Source of the DNA: a virus
Strand: one strand, 5' to 3'
DNA length: 64,000 bases
Virus record (IMG/VR): IMGVR_UViG_3300045988_107889
Span: 42,257 to 106,256 of that record
Shown: piece after piece, positions 40,397 through 50,447 of the stretch
Numbering within the stretch: the first letter of the stretch is position 1
How the letters are laid out: each line of letters opens with the position of its first letter
Program-made: the position numbers and the translations under genes
The notes under the pieces: model-generated
Database searches by the model: none
What the model saw: the letters and a program-made list of their open reading frames with translations, nothing else
Told to the model about the DNA's origin: nothing

Positions 40397-41107
40397 ATGG
40401 AAAAAGAAAATCACGCAACGTTGAACATCTATCAGAAGCTCGCGGCAGTGCAGAAAGCTGTAGATGTCGTCAAGAAAGACAAGAAGGGGTATGGTTACAG
40501 CTACACCTCTGATGTGGAATTGTTGCCGAAGATTAACAGCGCTGTCGCGGAGTACGGCTTGACACTGGTTCCTGGGATTGTTCAAGGGACAGCAGATGTA
40601 CGGCCTTTTAGCTACGAGAAAACGAAAGGTGGTAAGACGGAAACAGTAAATGAGTTCTTGGTCTCTGCTGATATGGTTTACACCTGGGTCAATAACGACA
40701 ATCCCGAAGAGAAGATCGTTGTGCCTTGGACGATGACTGGCAATCAAGCAGATAGCAGCCAGGCGTTTGGTTCGGCTCTTACCTACAGTAACAGATATTT
40801 CCTGCTGAAATACTTTCAGTGTGCTACTACTACCGACGATCCGGACTTCATTCGCTCGAAGCAAAAAGAAGAGAAGTCTAAGAACGAACTCGCATCTATC
40901 ATTGAGGAAATTGACGCAATCGCTAACGACATCGCGGCAAAAGATCCTAGCAAGAGAGAAAAGATTAGAGAGTTGGTTACAAAGCACGTAGATAAGCGTG
41001 ACGAAAATGGGAAGCTGATTCCCACTGGAGACTACAAACAAATTAAAAAGAAGGCAAGAGCGACTGCTCTGCTGAGAGATTTGAATAAACTACATACGGA
41101 GGAATAA
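40397..41107 (+). CDS. erf: ERF-family single-strand annealing protein
   Basis: KKGYGYSYTSDVELLPKINSAVAEYGL and GSALTYSNRYFLLKYF...DDPD are typical of ERF. Confidence 0.7.
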   Translation: MEKENHATLNIYQKLAAVQKAVDVVKKDKKGYGYSYTSDVELLPKINSAVAEYGLTLVPGIVQGTADVRPFSYEKTKGGKTETVNEFLVSADMVYTWVNNDNPEEKIVVPWTMTGNQADSSQAFGSALTYSNRYFLLKYFQCATTTDDPDFIRSKQKEEKSKNELASIIEEIDAIANDIAAKDPSKREKIRELVTKHVDKRDENGKLIPTGDYKQIKKKARATALLRDLNKLHTEE

Positions 41108-41110
41108 TAC

Positions 41111-41470
41111 ATGGGTTTTCATACTGGCGCGTATGCAACAATTTGGTCTGTCGAAGACAAAGGTAATTATACAAAGGTAAATCTGTCTGTCAGCCAGAAG
41201 AATAAGAACACTGGCGAGTACGAGACTAAATTTAGTGACTTCGTAAATTTTGTTGGTGCGGCGCACGCTAACGCAAAGGAGCTGAAGCCGAGAGATAGAA
41301 TTCGTATCGGCGATATGGATGCAACCAATAGCTATAGCAAGGAGACGAATAAGCGGTACTACAATTTTGCTGTGTTCTCTTTCGAGTCCGCAGATAACTC
41401 CAGAGGCAACTCTGATAATGGCGCAATTTCGGCAAATCAGCCTACCGTAACAGATGACGACCCCTTTTGA
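41111..41470 (+). CDS. ssb: single-stranded DNA-binding protein
   Basis: OB-fold-sized 119-aa ORF ending in the acidic tip TDDDPF. Confidence 0.75.
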   Translation: MGFHTGAYATIWSVEDKGNYTKVNLSVSQKNKNTGEYETKFSDFVNFVGAAHANAKELKPRDRIRIGDMDATNSYSKETNKRYYNFAVFSFESADNSRGNSDNGAISANQPTVTDDDPF

Positions 41471-42377
41471 GGTCGTCTCTGACCCTGAATATGAAAGAGC
41501 AATTTCAGCTATGCTGTGGAGTTATTCTAGACTGTCTTCGTTTGATGACTGCAAGTATGGCTGGTTTGTTCGGTACATAGCGTACAACAAAAAATTAGAC
41601 CAGGTTTACAGGAAGGTTATGGAGTGGATGAAGGAAAGACTCGACGACGAGACTTACCAAAAGGTTCTTGAGCACACGGCGGTAAGAATCAAACCGGAGC
41701 CACACTTCTTTTCCACGTATGGCAGATTTATGCACCATGTGCTGGAGCAGTATTTGTCACAGGCATTGAAGAAAGAAGAGCTTGTACCATATTTCCTGGA
41801 TCACTATGACGAGAAGGTTGTTGGTAAACCACCGAGCAAAAAGGTCGAGGATAATTTCTTCAATAATTCACTTTCGTATTTGGAAAACATTGACTTCCCA
41901 TACGATATCAAAGATATTGTCGCTGTTGAAAAAGAAGTCCACTTCATGATTGGCCCGTACAACTTTGTTGGTTTTATAGATGTATTGGCCGAAGAGAACG
42001 GATTACATATAGCCGACCACAAATCACACGGATTGAGATTCAGAAGCAACAGAAAGTTCCAGACAGAATATGACAAGGAACTAGACAGGTACTACAGACA
42101 GCCTTATATTTACTCAATCCCCATCAAAGAAGAATATGGGAAATGGCCTGCGACTTTGGATTTTAATTGTTACCGACATGGGCGGTTTATCGCAGAAGCA
42201 TTCGACGAAGAACGGCTTGAGCAGGTGAAACAGTGGGTACTGGATCGAATCGAAGAGATTAAAAATGAGAGAGAGTTTGAACCAGACCCTGAGTTTTTCA
42301 GATGTACATATATTTGTGACACTGCTGAGAGCTGTCCGTTTAGAGCTAAGAATAATAGGAGATATAAGAGTGCCTGA
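41454..42377 (+). CDS. PD-(D/E)XK nuclease, Cas4/RecB-like with Cys cluster
   Basis: N-terminal Cys (FDDCKYGW). GFIDVL...IADHKS (D..D/E-x-K). C-terminal CTYICDTAESC. Confidence 0.7.
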   Translation: MTTPFEVVSDPEYERAISAMLWSYSRLSSFDDCKYGWFVRYIAYNKKLDQVYRKVMEWMKERLDDETYQKVLEHTAVRIKPEPHFFSTYGRFMHHVLEQYLSQALKKEELVPYFLDHYDEKVVGKPPSKKVEDNFFNNSLSYLENIDFPYDIKDIVAVEKEVHFMIGPYNFVGFIDVLAEENGLHIADHKSHGLRFRSNRKFQTEYDKELDRYYRQPYIYSIPIKEEYGKWPATLDFNCYRHGRFIAEAFDEERLEQVKQWVLDRIEEIKNEREFEPDPEFFRCTYICDTAESCPFRAKNNRRYKSA

Positions 42378-42861
42378 ATATATCGAGAGAGAATCTCTTT
42401 TAGCATACATAAAGGATCTGCCGACATGGTGGGAAGATGGCGGCGGTGTGTACGGGCCACCAATGAAATACCCGGAAGGAAACTTTGATCCTGAAGATGT
42501 GATTAGTGCTATAGAAAATGCCCCAGCGGCGAATGTTTCCTCTGCGCACTTTCAAGAGTGGCGACTAAGACCAGCCGCCTTTTATATGGATACAATGTCT
42601 GAGGAAAGAGAGCTTTCTGTGTCCATCACGGCGGTGTGTTCTGGGTGTGGGGAAAGGCATCCAAATAATGCAGTAGTATGGTCGCGCAGATTATATGCGC
42701 CGGATGGAGAAGAGTATACGTATGAATGGGATTTAGAAGCAGAAAAGCAAAAAGCTTTAGAGAAGTTTTTAGAAAACCTCAAGCCGTATACATTCGCAAG
42801 ATATTGCCCAAATTGCGGAGCGAGGATGAATGTAGAGAGTACGGATGCAACAATGGAGTAA
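42370..42861 (+). CDS. hypothetical protein with C-terminal zinc ribbon
   Basis: GTG at 42370 after TAGGAG. Contains CSGCG...CPNCG. Confidence 0.5.
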   Translation: MPEYIERESLLAYIKDLPTWWEDGGGVYGPPMKYPEGNFDPEDVISAIENAPAANVSSAHFQEWRLRPAAFYMDTMSEERELSVSITAVCSGCGERHPNNAVVWSRRLYAPDGEEYTYEWDLEAEKQKALEKFLENLKPYTFARYCPNCGARMNVESTDATME

Positions 42862-42867
42862 AGGAGC

Positions 42868-45714
42868 GTGGTAGATGGTGAGAACGAAATGCTAATTGAA
42901 AAGGAAAAATTACAAAAGGCAAAAGAGAAGATCGGAGATAGAACTCCATTCTTGATTGCTGAAACACTTGACCTTAAATTGTTTGATCCGTCTAACTTGA
43001 AATCATTATGCCCGGTGCATCAAGAAGACACTCCGAGCTTTATTTATAATCCGAAAGCCTATAGTTTTCATTGCTTTGGATGCGGCTGCAATATTGATAT
43101 TATTGATGCTTATGTGATGTCTGGCAATACATATCTTGAAGCGGCAGAGAAAACTTTTGAAGAAGCTGGGATGGCATATAGCTTTGGAGAGAAAGGCATC
43201 AAGACTCATAGGGGGTATCGCTATCCTCAGCAGACTCCGTTAAGAGATCGGTCAATCGTAAACCAGTACATGGCTACGAGAAAGATTAGTGAAAAGACGT
43301 TAGACCATTGTGATGTGCGAGAAGATGAGCATGGTAATGCTGTGTTCAACTACTACGACACAAACGACGTGCTGACGATGGTGAAATACCGACCGGCCAG
43401 AAAAATCGACAAGTCAAAAGGTGAGGCTAAGAACTGGTGTCAGAAAGGAGCGGACACTCGTCCGCTCCTTTTCAATATGAACAGGGTAAACATAAGTCAA
43501 CCGTTATTGATAACTGAAGGCGAATGCTTCCCTGGTGACGCAGAAATTCTAACGCCTGATGGATGGGTTCGGTTTGATGAATATCACGGGCAGGACGTGT
43601 ATTCGGTGTGTGCGGATGACCTATTTGCTGGTACTTGGTCGAAACTGCGTGGCGGATTTGTAAGACCGGTTGCAATTATCAACGAGCACTACGAAGGGTT
43701 CCTCTCCTTCATTGCTACGGATAACTATGTGTCGTGTGTAACTGGAGGCCACAATATTGTAACTTATAATGCTCTTGGTTTTCTAGAGAAGACGAAGGCG
43801 AGGAAATTGCCAGATGGTCGGTATAAATCGGCTCCAATTACAACGAGTTATTCAGGCGATGGTTTTTTTCTCACTACGGATGAAGTCGAACTATCAATTG
43901 CTATATCGGAGAACTGTAGTTATGACAAGAGCAATGGTGAGTACAGACTCTTGACGACAGAAAAGAGAAAACGGCGTAGGTTGCGGCGGCTCCTCAAGAA
44001 GCTATCCGTTAGTTACGTTGAGACGCCAGTTTCTGATTATGGTTTTAAATTGCTGTTCAAGATCCCGTCACACGTTCACATAGAACCCGTCTCTTATTCG
44101 TGGGTCAGCACCACATCTGAAATACAAAAGCTCGTGATTCTTCGGCGATTTCAGAAATGGACTGCAGGCTATGCCTGCAAACTGGATAACGCTAATGTGA
44201 TGCAGACGATTGCTCACACAAGCGGACAGCAATGCTCTGTTAAATACCAGTTGTCTACATTGGACGGGAGCTATCGTGTGTCAATCACAGGTAAGAAAAA
44301 AGCGGATTTAAACAATATTACATATGACGCGCAGTATTACAGCGGTCCAGTTTATTGCGTGACGGTTCCAAGTGGAATGATCTTGGTGAGGCAATACGGG
44401 ACAATCTTTGTTACAGGCAACTGCGACGCAATGGCTGCTATCGAGTCCGGATATACAAACGCGGTGAGTGTTCCTTTAGGTTCTCAAAATCACCACTGGA
44501 TTGAGGAGAATATGGATTGGCTAGACCAGTTTTCCGAAATTATTATCTGCTCTGACAATGATAAAGCTGGTTATCAAATGGCAAAAGATGTGTGCCCTAG
44601 ACTTGGTTCCTGGAGGACAAAGGTGGTAGACATCCCGCCAATAGATGAAGCAACTGGTAGGCACATTAAGGATTTGAATGAGTTGCTTTATTACAGGGGA
44701 AAAGAAGCGGTGATGAACGCAATCCTTAGCGCGAAGGAATCTCCGATTGACAGTGTGATGGATCTTAGTGACGTCGAGGACGTTAATATTAGCGACTTGG
44801 ACGGGATTTATTTTGGCATTGAAAGTCTTGACAGGGAACTGTTTAAACTGTTCTTCGGGACGTTAACGCTCGTGACCGGCACGCCAGGTTCCGGCAAGAC
44901 CAGCTTCTTGTATCAGCTTATCTGTAATGCGCTTGAGCAAAACAGAGGTGCATGGATCTTTTCAAGAGAGCTGCCGGACTTCATGAGTAAGGCGTGGATG
45001 AATTACTTGCTTGCAGGGCCGAGGAATGTTGAAGAACACACCGGTAAGAACGGCGCGGTCTACTGGGTTGCTTCGAGAGAAGCGAAAGAAAAAATCAACG
45101 ATTGTTATAGAGGTCAGTGGTTTGTGTATAAGAATGAATGGCCGAATGATATTGAGTCAATCCAGGAATCTATGGAAGCCTCAGCTAGAAAGTATGGCAG
45201 TAAGTTGTTCTTGTTGGACAACCTAATGACCATAGACCTGCACTCTTCTGACGAGAATAAGTACGACAAGCAGACCGAGCTGGTCAACTGGCTAATTCAG
45301 TTTGCATCAAAGTTCAACGTGTGTGTAATTTTGGTCGCACATCCGAGAAAAATTCCAAGCGGGACAACGCCGGGGGCGGTCGCGCTGTATGACATCGGCG
45401 GCACGTCGAACCTTCCCAATCTTGCACACCGAACATTGTCTCTGCGAAGAGTGCGGCAGGATGAAAGAGAGCAGGGAACGTCAAAGTTCTCGCAGTATTC
45501 CTGTGTCGTGTCCGTAACAAAGGATCGTATGCGAGGAAGAGCTGGCTTTGAACTTGGGCTGTACTATGACGAAGCGTGCCGGAGGTTCTTTACGAACTAC
45601 GAAGAGTACGACCGTAGATATAAATGGGATGACAAGATTTACACTACCCGCGTTCCATGTGCTCCATTGGATATGGAGTCGGAAGTGTATGGAGTGATAC
45701 AGGGAGGAGGCTGA
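42868..45714 (+). CDS. bifunctional DNA primase-helicase (T7 gp4-like), interrupted by an intein
   Basis: CHC2 zinc finger CPVHQEDTPSF..HCFGCG. TOPRIM LLITEGE / DAMAAIE and CSDNDKAG. Walker A GTPGSGKTS. Walker B LFLLDNL. Alternative start ATG at 42889. Confidence 0.85.
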   Translation: MVDGENEMLIEKEKLQKAKEKIGDRTPFLIAETLDLKLFDPSNLKSLCPVHQEDTPSFIYNPKAYSFHCFGCGCNIDIIDAYVMSGNTYLEAAEKTFEEAGMAYSFGEKGIKTHRGYRYPQQTPLRDRSIVNQYMATRKISEKTLDHCDVREDEHGNAVFNYYDTNDVLTMVKYRPARKIDKSKGEAKNWCQKGADTRPLLFNMNRVNISQPLLITEGECFPGDAEILTPDGWVRFDEYHGQDVYSVCADDLFAGTWSKLRGGFVRPVAIINEHYEGFLSFIATDNYVSCVTGGHNIVTYNALGFLEKTKARKLPDGRYKSAPITTSYSGDGFFLTTDEVELSIAISENCSYDKSNGEYRLLTTEKRKRRRLRRLLKKLSVSYVETPVSDYGFKLLFKIPSHVHIEPVSYSWVSTTSEIQKLVILRRFQKWTAGYACKLDNANVMQTIAHTSGQQCSVKYQLSTLDGSYRVSITGKKKADLNNITYDAQYYSGPVYCVTVPSGMILVRQYGTIFVTGNCDAMAAIESGYTNAVSVPLGSQNHHWIEENMDWLDQFSEIIICSDNDKAGYQMAKDVCPRLGSWRTKVVDIPPIDEATGRHIKDLNELLYYRGKEAVMNAILSAKESPIDSVMDLSDVEDVNISDLDGIYFGIESLDRELFKLFFGTLTLVTGTPGSGKTSFLYQLICNALEQNRGAWIFSRELPDFMSKAWMNYLLAGPRNVEEHTGKNGAVYWVASREAKEKINDCYRGQWFVYKNEWPNDIESIQESMEASARKYGSKLFLLDNLMTIDLHSSDENKYDKQTELVNWLIQFASKFNVCVILVAHPRKIPSGTTPGAVALYDIGGTSNLPNLAHRTLSLRRVRQDEREQGTSKFSQYSCVVSVTKDRMRGRAGFELGLYYDEACRRFFTNYEEYDRRYKWDDKIYTTRVPCAPLDMESEVYGVIQGGG
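43525..44421 (+). mobile_element. intein (299 aa) inside the TOPRIM motif of the primase
   Basis: Begins CFPGDAEILTPDGW (block A). TGGHNIV (block B T-x-x-H). VYCVTVPSG (block F). Ends IFVTGN followed by +1 Cys. Removal restores LLITEGE-CDAMAAIE. Confidence 0.75.
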
Positions 45715-45717
45715 TGG

Positions 45718-47664
45718 TTGGATAATTATGTTGCATATCATGTTCACAGCGACTATTCGCTGCTGGACTCGACGACAGATTTTAACCTTTACATAGAGAA
45801 GGCAAAGCAGCTTGGGCAGAAGGCTATTTGCTTCACCGAGCATGGCAACATCCGTGGATGGGTTGCCAAGAAGATGGCTTGTGATGCAGCAGGTATCAAG
45901 TATCTGCATGGCGTGGAGATTTATTTAACGGAGTCTCTGCAGGAGAAAGTGAGAGACAACTACCACACAATTCTGATAGCGAAGAACCGGCAAGGTTTTT
46001 TGGAACTCAATAAGTTGCTCAGTATGTCAACAGATGAGGACCATAAATACTATGTTGGACGGCTTTCATTTGATGAGTTTTTGAATATCTCTCCGAATAT
46101 TATCAAGACGTCCGCTTGTTTGGCTTCACCGCTGAACAAGCTGGACGTAAGTCACCCGTACTACGAGAAGCTCGTAAAGAAGTATGACTACCTTGAGATC
46201 CAACCGTACGATTGTGAAGATCAGATTGTCTATAACAGACACTTAGCAGCGCTGTCTCAAAGGTATAACATCCCTTTGATTGCGGCAACAGACACGCACA
46301 GTATCGACCAATACTACGCTGAGTGCCGGTCATTACTTGCTTATGCAAAGAGTAGGCATTATGACACGGAAGATGATTTTGATCTAACGTATAAGTCGCG
46401 CGAGGAATTGGAAGAAGCATTTAGAAAGCAGGACGCTATCCCAGAAGAAGCATGGCAGGCCGCGATAGACAATACAGTCTTGATGGCAAATCAGGTTGAG
46501 GAGTTTGAATTAGATACTTCTTTGAAATACCCAATCCTTTATGGGTCTGCAGAAGAAGATAGAGAAAAATTTATCCAGAATATTAACGAAAAGCTAGAAG
46601 CAAAGTTAGAGGCCGGAATCATCCCAAGAGAGCAAGAGCAAGCGTTCCGAGACGCAATTAAAGAAGAGCTTAGAGTATTCACAAAACTTGGGATGTGCGG
46701 GTTCATGCAATCTATGAGCGAGATCCTTACATGGTGTCATGAGAATGGAATTGTAACAGGTCCTGGGCGTGGCAGTGTAGCTGGGTCAAGAGTTGCTTAT
46801 GTGACAGATATTACAGATGTTAACCCGGAAACATGGCATACGGTATTTAGCCGCTTTTGCAATGAGGACCGAATTGAAGCAGGCGATATCGACACAGACG
46901 TTATTGAAGATGACCGCCCTAAGATCTTTAATTACATTATTGAACGATTCGGGCAACAGAAGACTGCGTTCGTTCCATCATGCGGCACATTAAAAGGCTT
47001 GGCGACTATCGAAGAGATTGTGCGTGGGTTCAGACATAAATGGGCAGAGCAACATCCGGAAGCGGACAAAAACGAAAATCCATATCCAGTAAGTCTAGCG
47101 GCAAAGATTAAAGCAGATTACGGAAAGGACGCAGAAACGTGCAGAGAGAGATACAAAGAAACGTTCTATTATTTTGATGGGTTCCTGAATACAAGAGTAT
47201 CACAATCTGTACATCCGGCTGGCATTGTGATCAGCCCTGTTACATTAGATGATAACTATGGCGTTTTTCACCACAAGGATAGCGGTATCGTACTTCAGAT
47301 TGACATGGAAGAAATCCATGAGGTGTCTCTCGTTAAGTACGACATGCTTGTTCTAAGTACGTTACAAATTATTCGTGACGCTTGCAAACTAGCAAACATC
47401 CCATACCCGAAGTCACATGAAATAGATTGGGGTGACCAAAAGGTTTGGGAAGACATGATGGTTTCCAATATCGGCATCTTTCAGATGGAATCTCCCTTTG
47501 CAGGAAAGATGCTAAAGGACTTCAACACGAAGTCAATCTTTGATATGTCGTTGGTGACTGCGTGTATTCGCCCGTCTGGCGCGTCGTATAGAAATGATTT
47601 GATAAGTAGAGTTCCACATCATAACCCGTCGCCAATGATTGACGAGTTGCTTTCGGACAACAAT
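45718..47664 (+). CDS. dnaE: DNA polymerase III alpha subunit, exon 1
   Basis: TTG start 7 nt after GGGAGGAGG. PHP domain YHVHSDYSLLDS..CFTEHGN. The frame reads into intron sequence after ..LLSDNN. Confidence 0.8.
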
Positions 47665-48649
47665 GGATTAGAGATAGTCCCGGTGCATAGTAATATGCGC
47701 TTGCAAACCCATTGAATTGCTGGAAACCCCTTAGAGCTATATTCGCCACAACGTAATTTTGAAACAAAGATAAGCGTGATGGTTTGAAAAGAATGTAGAT
47801 TGGGCAATCAGCAGCCAAGTCTCGAACAGAGAAAGGTTCAACGACTATTGCGTATGCAAGTAGGACCGCAAGCGATCGGCGGTTCGAAGCGGTGGGCATC
47901 CGGATAAAAACGGATGAAGATATAGTCTACGCTCTATCGAAATGGTAGAGAATAGTTTAGCGAACTAAGTGCTATGTAAATAAATTATGAAGGAGGTGAA
48001 TGTATGTATCAATTAAAAGGGAAACAGTTTGGAAGACTGTTGGTAGTCGATAGAGCTGGTAGCGATAAGGCAAAAAACGCAACGTGGCGTTGCCGATGCG
48101 ACTGTGGCAAAGAAAAAGTAGTGTCAAGCCGTAACCTAATTGCCGGAGACACTCGTTCATGCGGGTGTCTTCAAAGAGAGCTAGTTAAAGAAAGAATGAC
48201 GACACATAAAGCGTCGAAAACAAGACTGTATCGTGTGTGGGCTGGTATTAAAAACCGTTGTTACAATAAGAATTCTGAAAACTATAAGTATTATGGCGGG
48301 AAAGGCATTGCGGTATGCGAAGAATGGCGAAATGATTTTACGGCGTTTTCAGAGTGGGCAATCGAGAATGGATATAACGAGTACGCGGCCACACAAGAAT
48401 GTACAATTAACAGGATAGATAACTCAAAAGATTACTGCCCGTCGAATTGTAGGTGGTCTAACCATACATCACAATGCAATAACCAATCAAGCAATAAACT
48501 GTTTACTTACAATGGCGAAACATTAACCATGGCAGAATGGGACAGAAGAACGGGAATAAAATACACGACGTTAAGAGCTAGAATCCGTCGAGGCGTCCCG
48601 TTCGAAGAGGCGATTAAGATGAAAGAGATACATAGCACATAATAAAACG
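47665..48649 (+). mobile_element. group I intron in dnaE (boundaries approximate)
   Basis: Classical elements: P AATTGCTGGAAA (47715-47726), Q AATCAGCAGC (47806-47815), R GTTCAACGACTAT (47836-47848), S AAGATATAGTC (47917-47927). U precedes the 5' splice site and G ends the intron. Joining gives ..SDNN-DLIYQEDTIKF.., like the DnaE YQEQ region. Confidence 0.8.
48004..48642 (+). CDS. intron-encoded homing endonuclease, HNH_3-like
   Basis: 212-aa ORF after GAAGGAGGTGA. YRVWAGIKNRCYN...INRIDNSKDYCPSNCRW...QCNN. Paralog of 57645..58295. Confidence 0.7.
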   Translation: MYQLKGKQFGRLLVVDRAGSDKAKNATWRCRCDCGKEKVVSSRNLIAGDTRSCGCLQRELVKERMTTHKASKTRLYRVWAGIKNRCYNKNSENYKYYGGKGIAVCEEWRNDFTAFSEWAIENGYNEYAATQECTINRIDNSKDYCPSNCRWSNHTSQCNNQSSNKLFTYNGETLTMAEWDRRTGIKYTTLRARIRRGVPFEEAIKMKEIHST

Positions 48650-49834
48650 GATCTAATTTATCAGGAAGATACGATTAAATTCCTGCAACAAATCTGCGGG
48701 TTGTCTGGCTCTGAAAGTGACAATATCCGCCGAGCCATTGGTAGAAAGGACAAAGATAGATTAGACGCTGCGCTTCCAAAAATTCTTGACGGGTATTGTA
48801 GTAAGTCAGATAAGCCACGAGAAGTGGCCGAAGAAGAAGCAAAAGAGTTCCTTCAGATACTGGAGGACAGTGCATCATATCAGTTTGGTTACAATCACTC
48901 TATTAGCTATTGTCTGGTTGGGTTTTTGTGCGCGTGGTTGCGTTGCTATCACCCGTATGAGTTTGTGACGAGTTATCTAAATAATCCAGCAAAGGATGAG
49001 GACATCAGAAACGGCACTAAGCTTGCACAGATATACGGGCTGAAGATTACGCCCCCGATGTTTGGTGCGTCGTCTGACCAGTACATGTTTGACCCGGACA
49101 GAAAGATCGTATCCAAAGGTATCAGCTCTGTAAAGTATCTTAACAAAGTTGTGCCGCAGCAGCTCTATGCCATGTATCACCAGAAGAAACCGGAGTCATT
49201 TATGGAAACACTTCTTAGAATTCGGTCAGAGACGTCGTGCAATGAGCGGCAGCTACTAAATCTAATTCGGATAGGCTTCTTTTCTGAGTACGGCAACATC
49301 CGTGAGTTGCAAAGAATATACGACATCTTCAAATTCTTTAATGATGGCACAGCTAAATCTATTAAAAAGACAAAGCTTAAAGATGGGCCGATGTGTGAGA
49401 TAGTAAAACGACACGCAACAGATATTGGTGTCAAAGGAAACGAGCTGAAATCCTACACAATCACAGATATGCCAGGCTTATTGGAGGAATGTGAGCGCAA
49501 TGTTCTAAGTCTTGGTATTGAAGAGGCTGATGTGAAAAGCAGAATCAAAGATCAGCTTGAGCTGATGGGGTATATAGATATTACGACTAACGATCCTCAG
49601 GACAGAAGGAAACTTCTTGTTCTTGAGACGTTTGAACTAAGTGGAGCTAATGGAGTGTGGGGTATCGCCACTACGGTGCGGTCTATCGGCACTGGTAACG
49701 AGGCAAGACTCACGGTTCGTAAGTCTATTTTTGATAAGAAGCCTTTCGCTCAATACAATATCCTGTTCGGCGCAGGTTTGTATAAGAACAAGAAAGGGTA
49801 TTGGTATTTGAACGACTACAAAGTATTGGAGTGA
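48650..49834 (+). CDS. dnaE: DNA polymerase III alpha subunit, exon 2
   Basis: The frame is open from 48641. DLIYQEDTIKFLQQICGLSGSESDNIRRAIGRK matches the DnaE region ..YQEQ..aGfs..eAD.lRRAmgKK. Confidence 0.8.
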   Translation, partial: DLIYQEDTIKFLQQICGLSGSESDNIRRAIGRKDKDRLDAALPKILDGYCSKSDKPREVAEEEAKEFLQILEDSASYQFGYNHSISYCLVGFLCAWLRCYHPYEFVTSYLNNPAKDEDIRNGTKLAQIYGLKITPPMFGASSDQYMFDPDRKIVSKGISSVKYLNKVVPQQLYAMYHQKKPESFMETLLRIRSETSCNERQLLNLIRIGFFSEYGNIRELQRIYDIFKFFNDGTAKSIKKTKLKDGPMCEIVKRHATDIGVKGNELKSYTITDMPGLLEECERNVLSLGIEEADVKSRIKDQLELMGYIDITTNDPQDRRKLLVLETFELSGANGVWGIATTVRSIGTGNEARLTVRKSIFDKKPFAQYNILFGAGLYKNKKGYWYLNDYKVLE

Positions 49835-49914
49835 TGCAACTGCAGAAAAGTTTTTGAACAACAGAAGCCCGCCTTGTTGGCGAAAGCAATCATTACAACA
49901 GGAGTTTTTACAAG

Positions 49915-50124
49915 ATGAATGATGTACATAAGAAATGTAATGTGTGTGGTCGTGAACTAAAAGAGTTTAGCCTAGAAAACTACTTTGATATCGACCTTGG
50001 AGAGGTTGGATATGGAAGTGTCTATGATGGGCTGCGGTTTTCTTGCACTTTGTGTTACGACTGCTTTGATAGAATTGTAAACCGTATTGATTTTGCGGTT
50101 AACCCATTCACGGAGGAAGAATGA
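49915..50124 (+). CDS. small zinc-ribbon protein
   Basis: Contains CNVCGR...CTLCYDC. Confidence 0.5.
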   Translation: MNDVHKKCNVCGRELKEFSLENYFDIDLGEVGYGSVYDGLRFSCTLCYDCFDRIVNRIDFAVNPFTEEE

Positions 50125-50447
50125 TCAAGAAATACAAGTACGACATTGAAGAATTCAAACTGATTACGTGTATGGCGGATTTTTTCAAAGGTGTGGATGG
50201 TTTGTCTTACGACATGAACCGACTTCACGCCTCGCCGCTGGACGTTTATATGAGTGAAGGTAATTGCTATAAACTCCTGCTGTATATGCAGAACAGAGTT
50301 GACCGGTACAGCCCGCAAAAGAAGAGCTGGGACGCCAAATGTCAATACGATTGGATTGAAAGATCTCCAATGGTCAATAACAAGGGCGTTCCGGACGACG
50401 AAGTGTGGCTGGTTTTGAGTGATTTGACTGAGGAGGGGATGGCATGA
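50121..50447 (+). CDS. hypothetical protein
   Basis: 108-aa ORF with an ATGA overlap. Confidence 0.55.
   Translation: MIKKYKYDIEEFKLITCMADFFKGVDGLSYDMNRLHASPLDVYMSEGNCYKLLLYMQNRVDRYSPQKKSWDAKCQYDWIERSPMVNNKGVPDDEVWLVLSDLTEEGMA

Noticed and set aside
40352-41041. 229-aa minus-strand ORF.
   Set aside because: It is antisense to the ERF-family gene.
47522-47899. ORFs inside the intron cores (47522..47899, 47619..47807, 47972..48160, 57222..57491, 57969..58511).
   Set aside because: They lie antisense to or across conserved group I core elements or exon/intron boundaries. Only the HNH_3-like ORFs have SD sites and paralog support.
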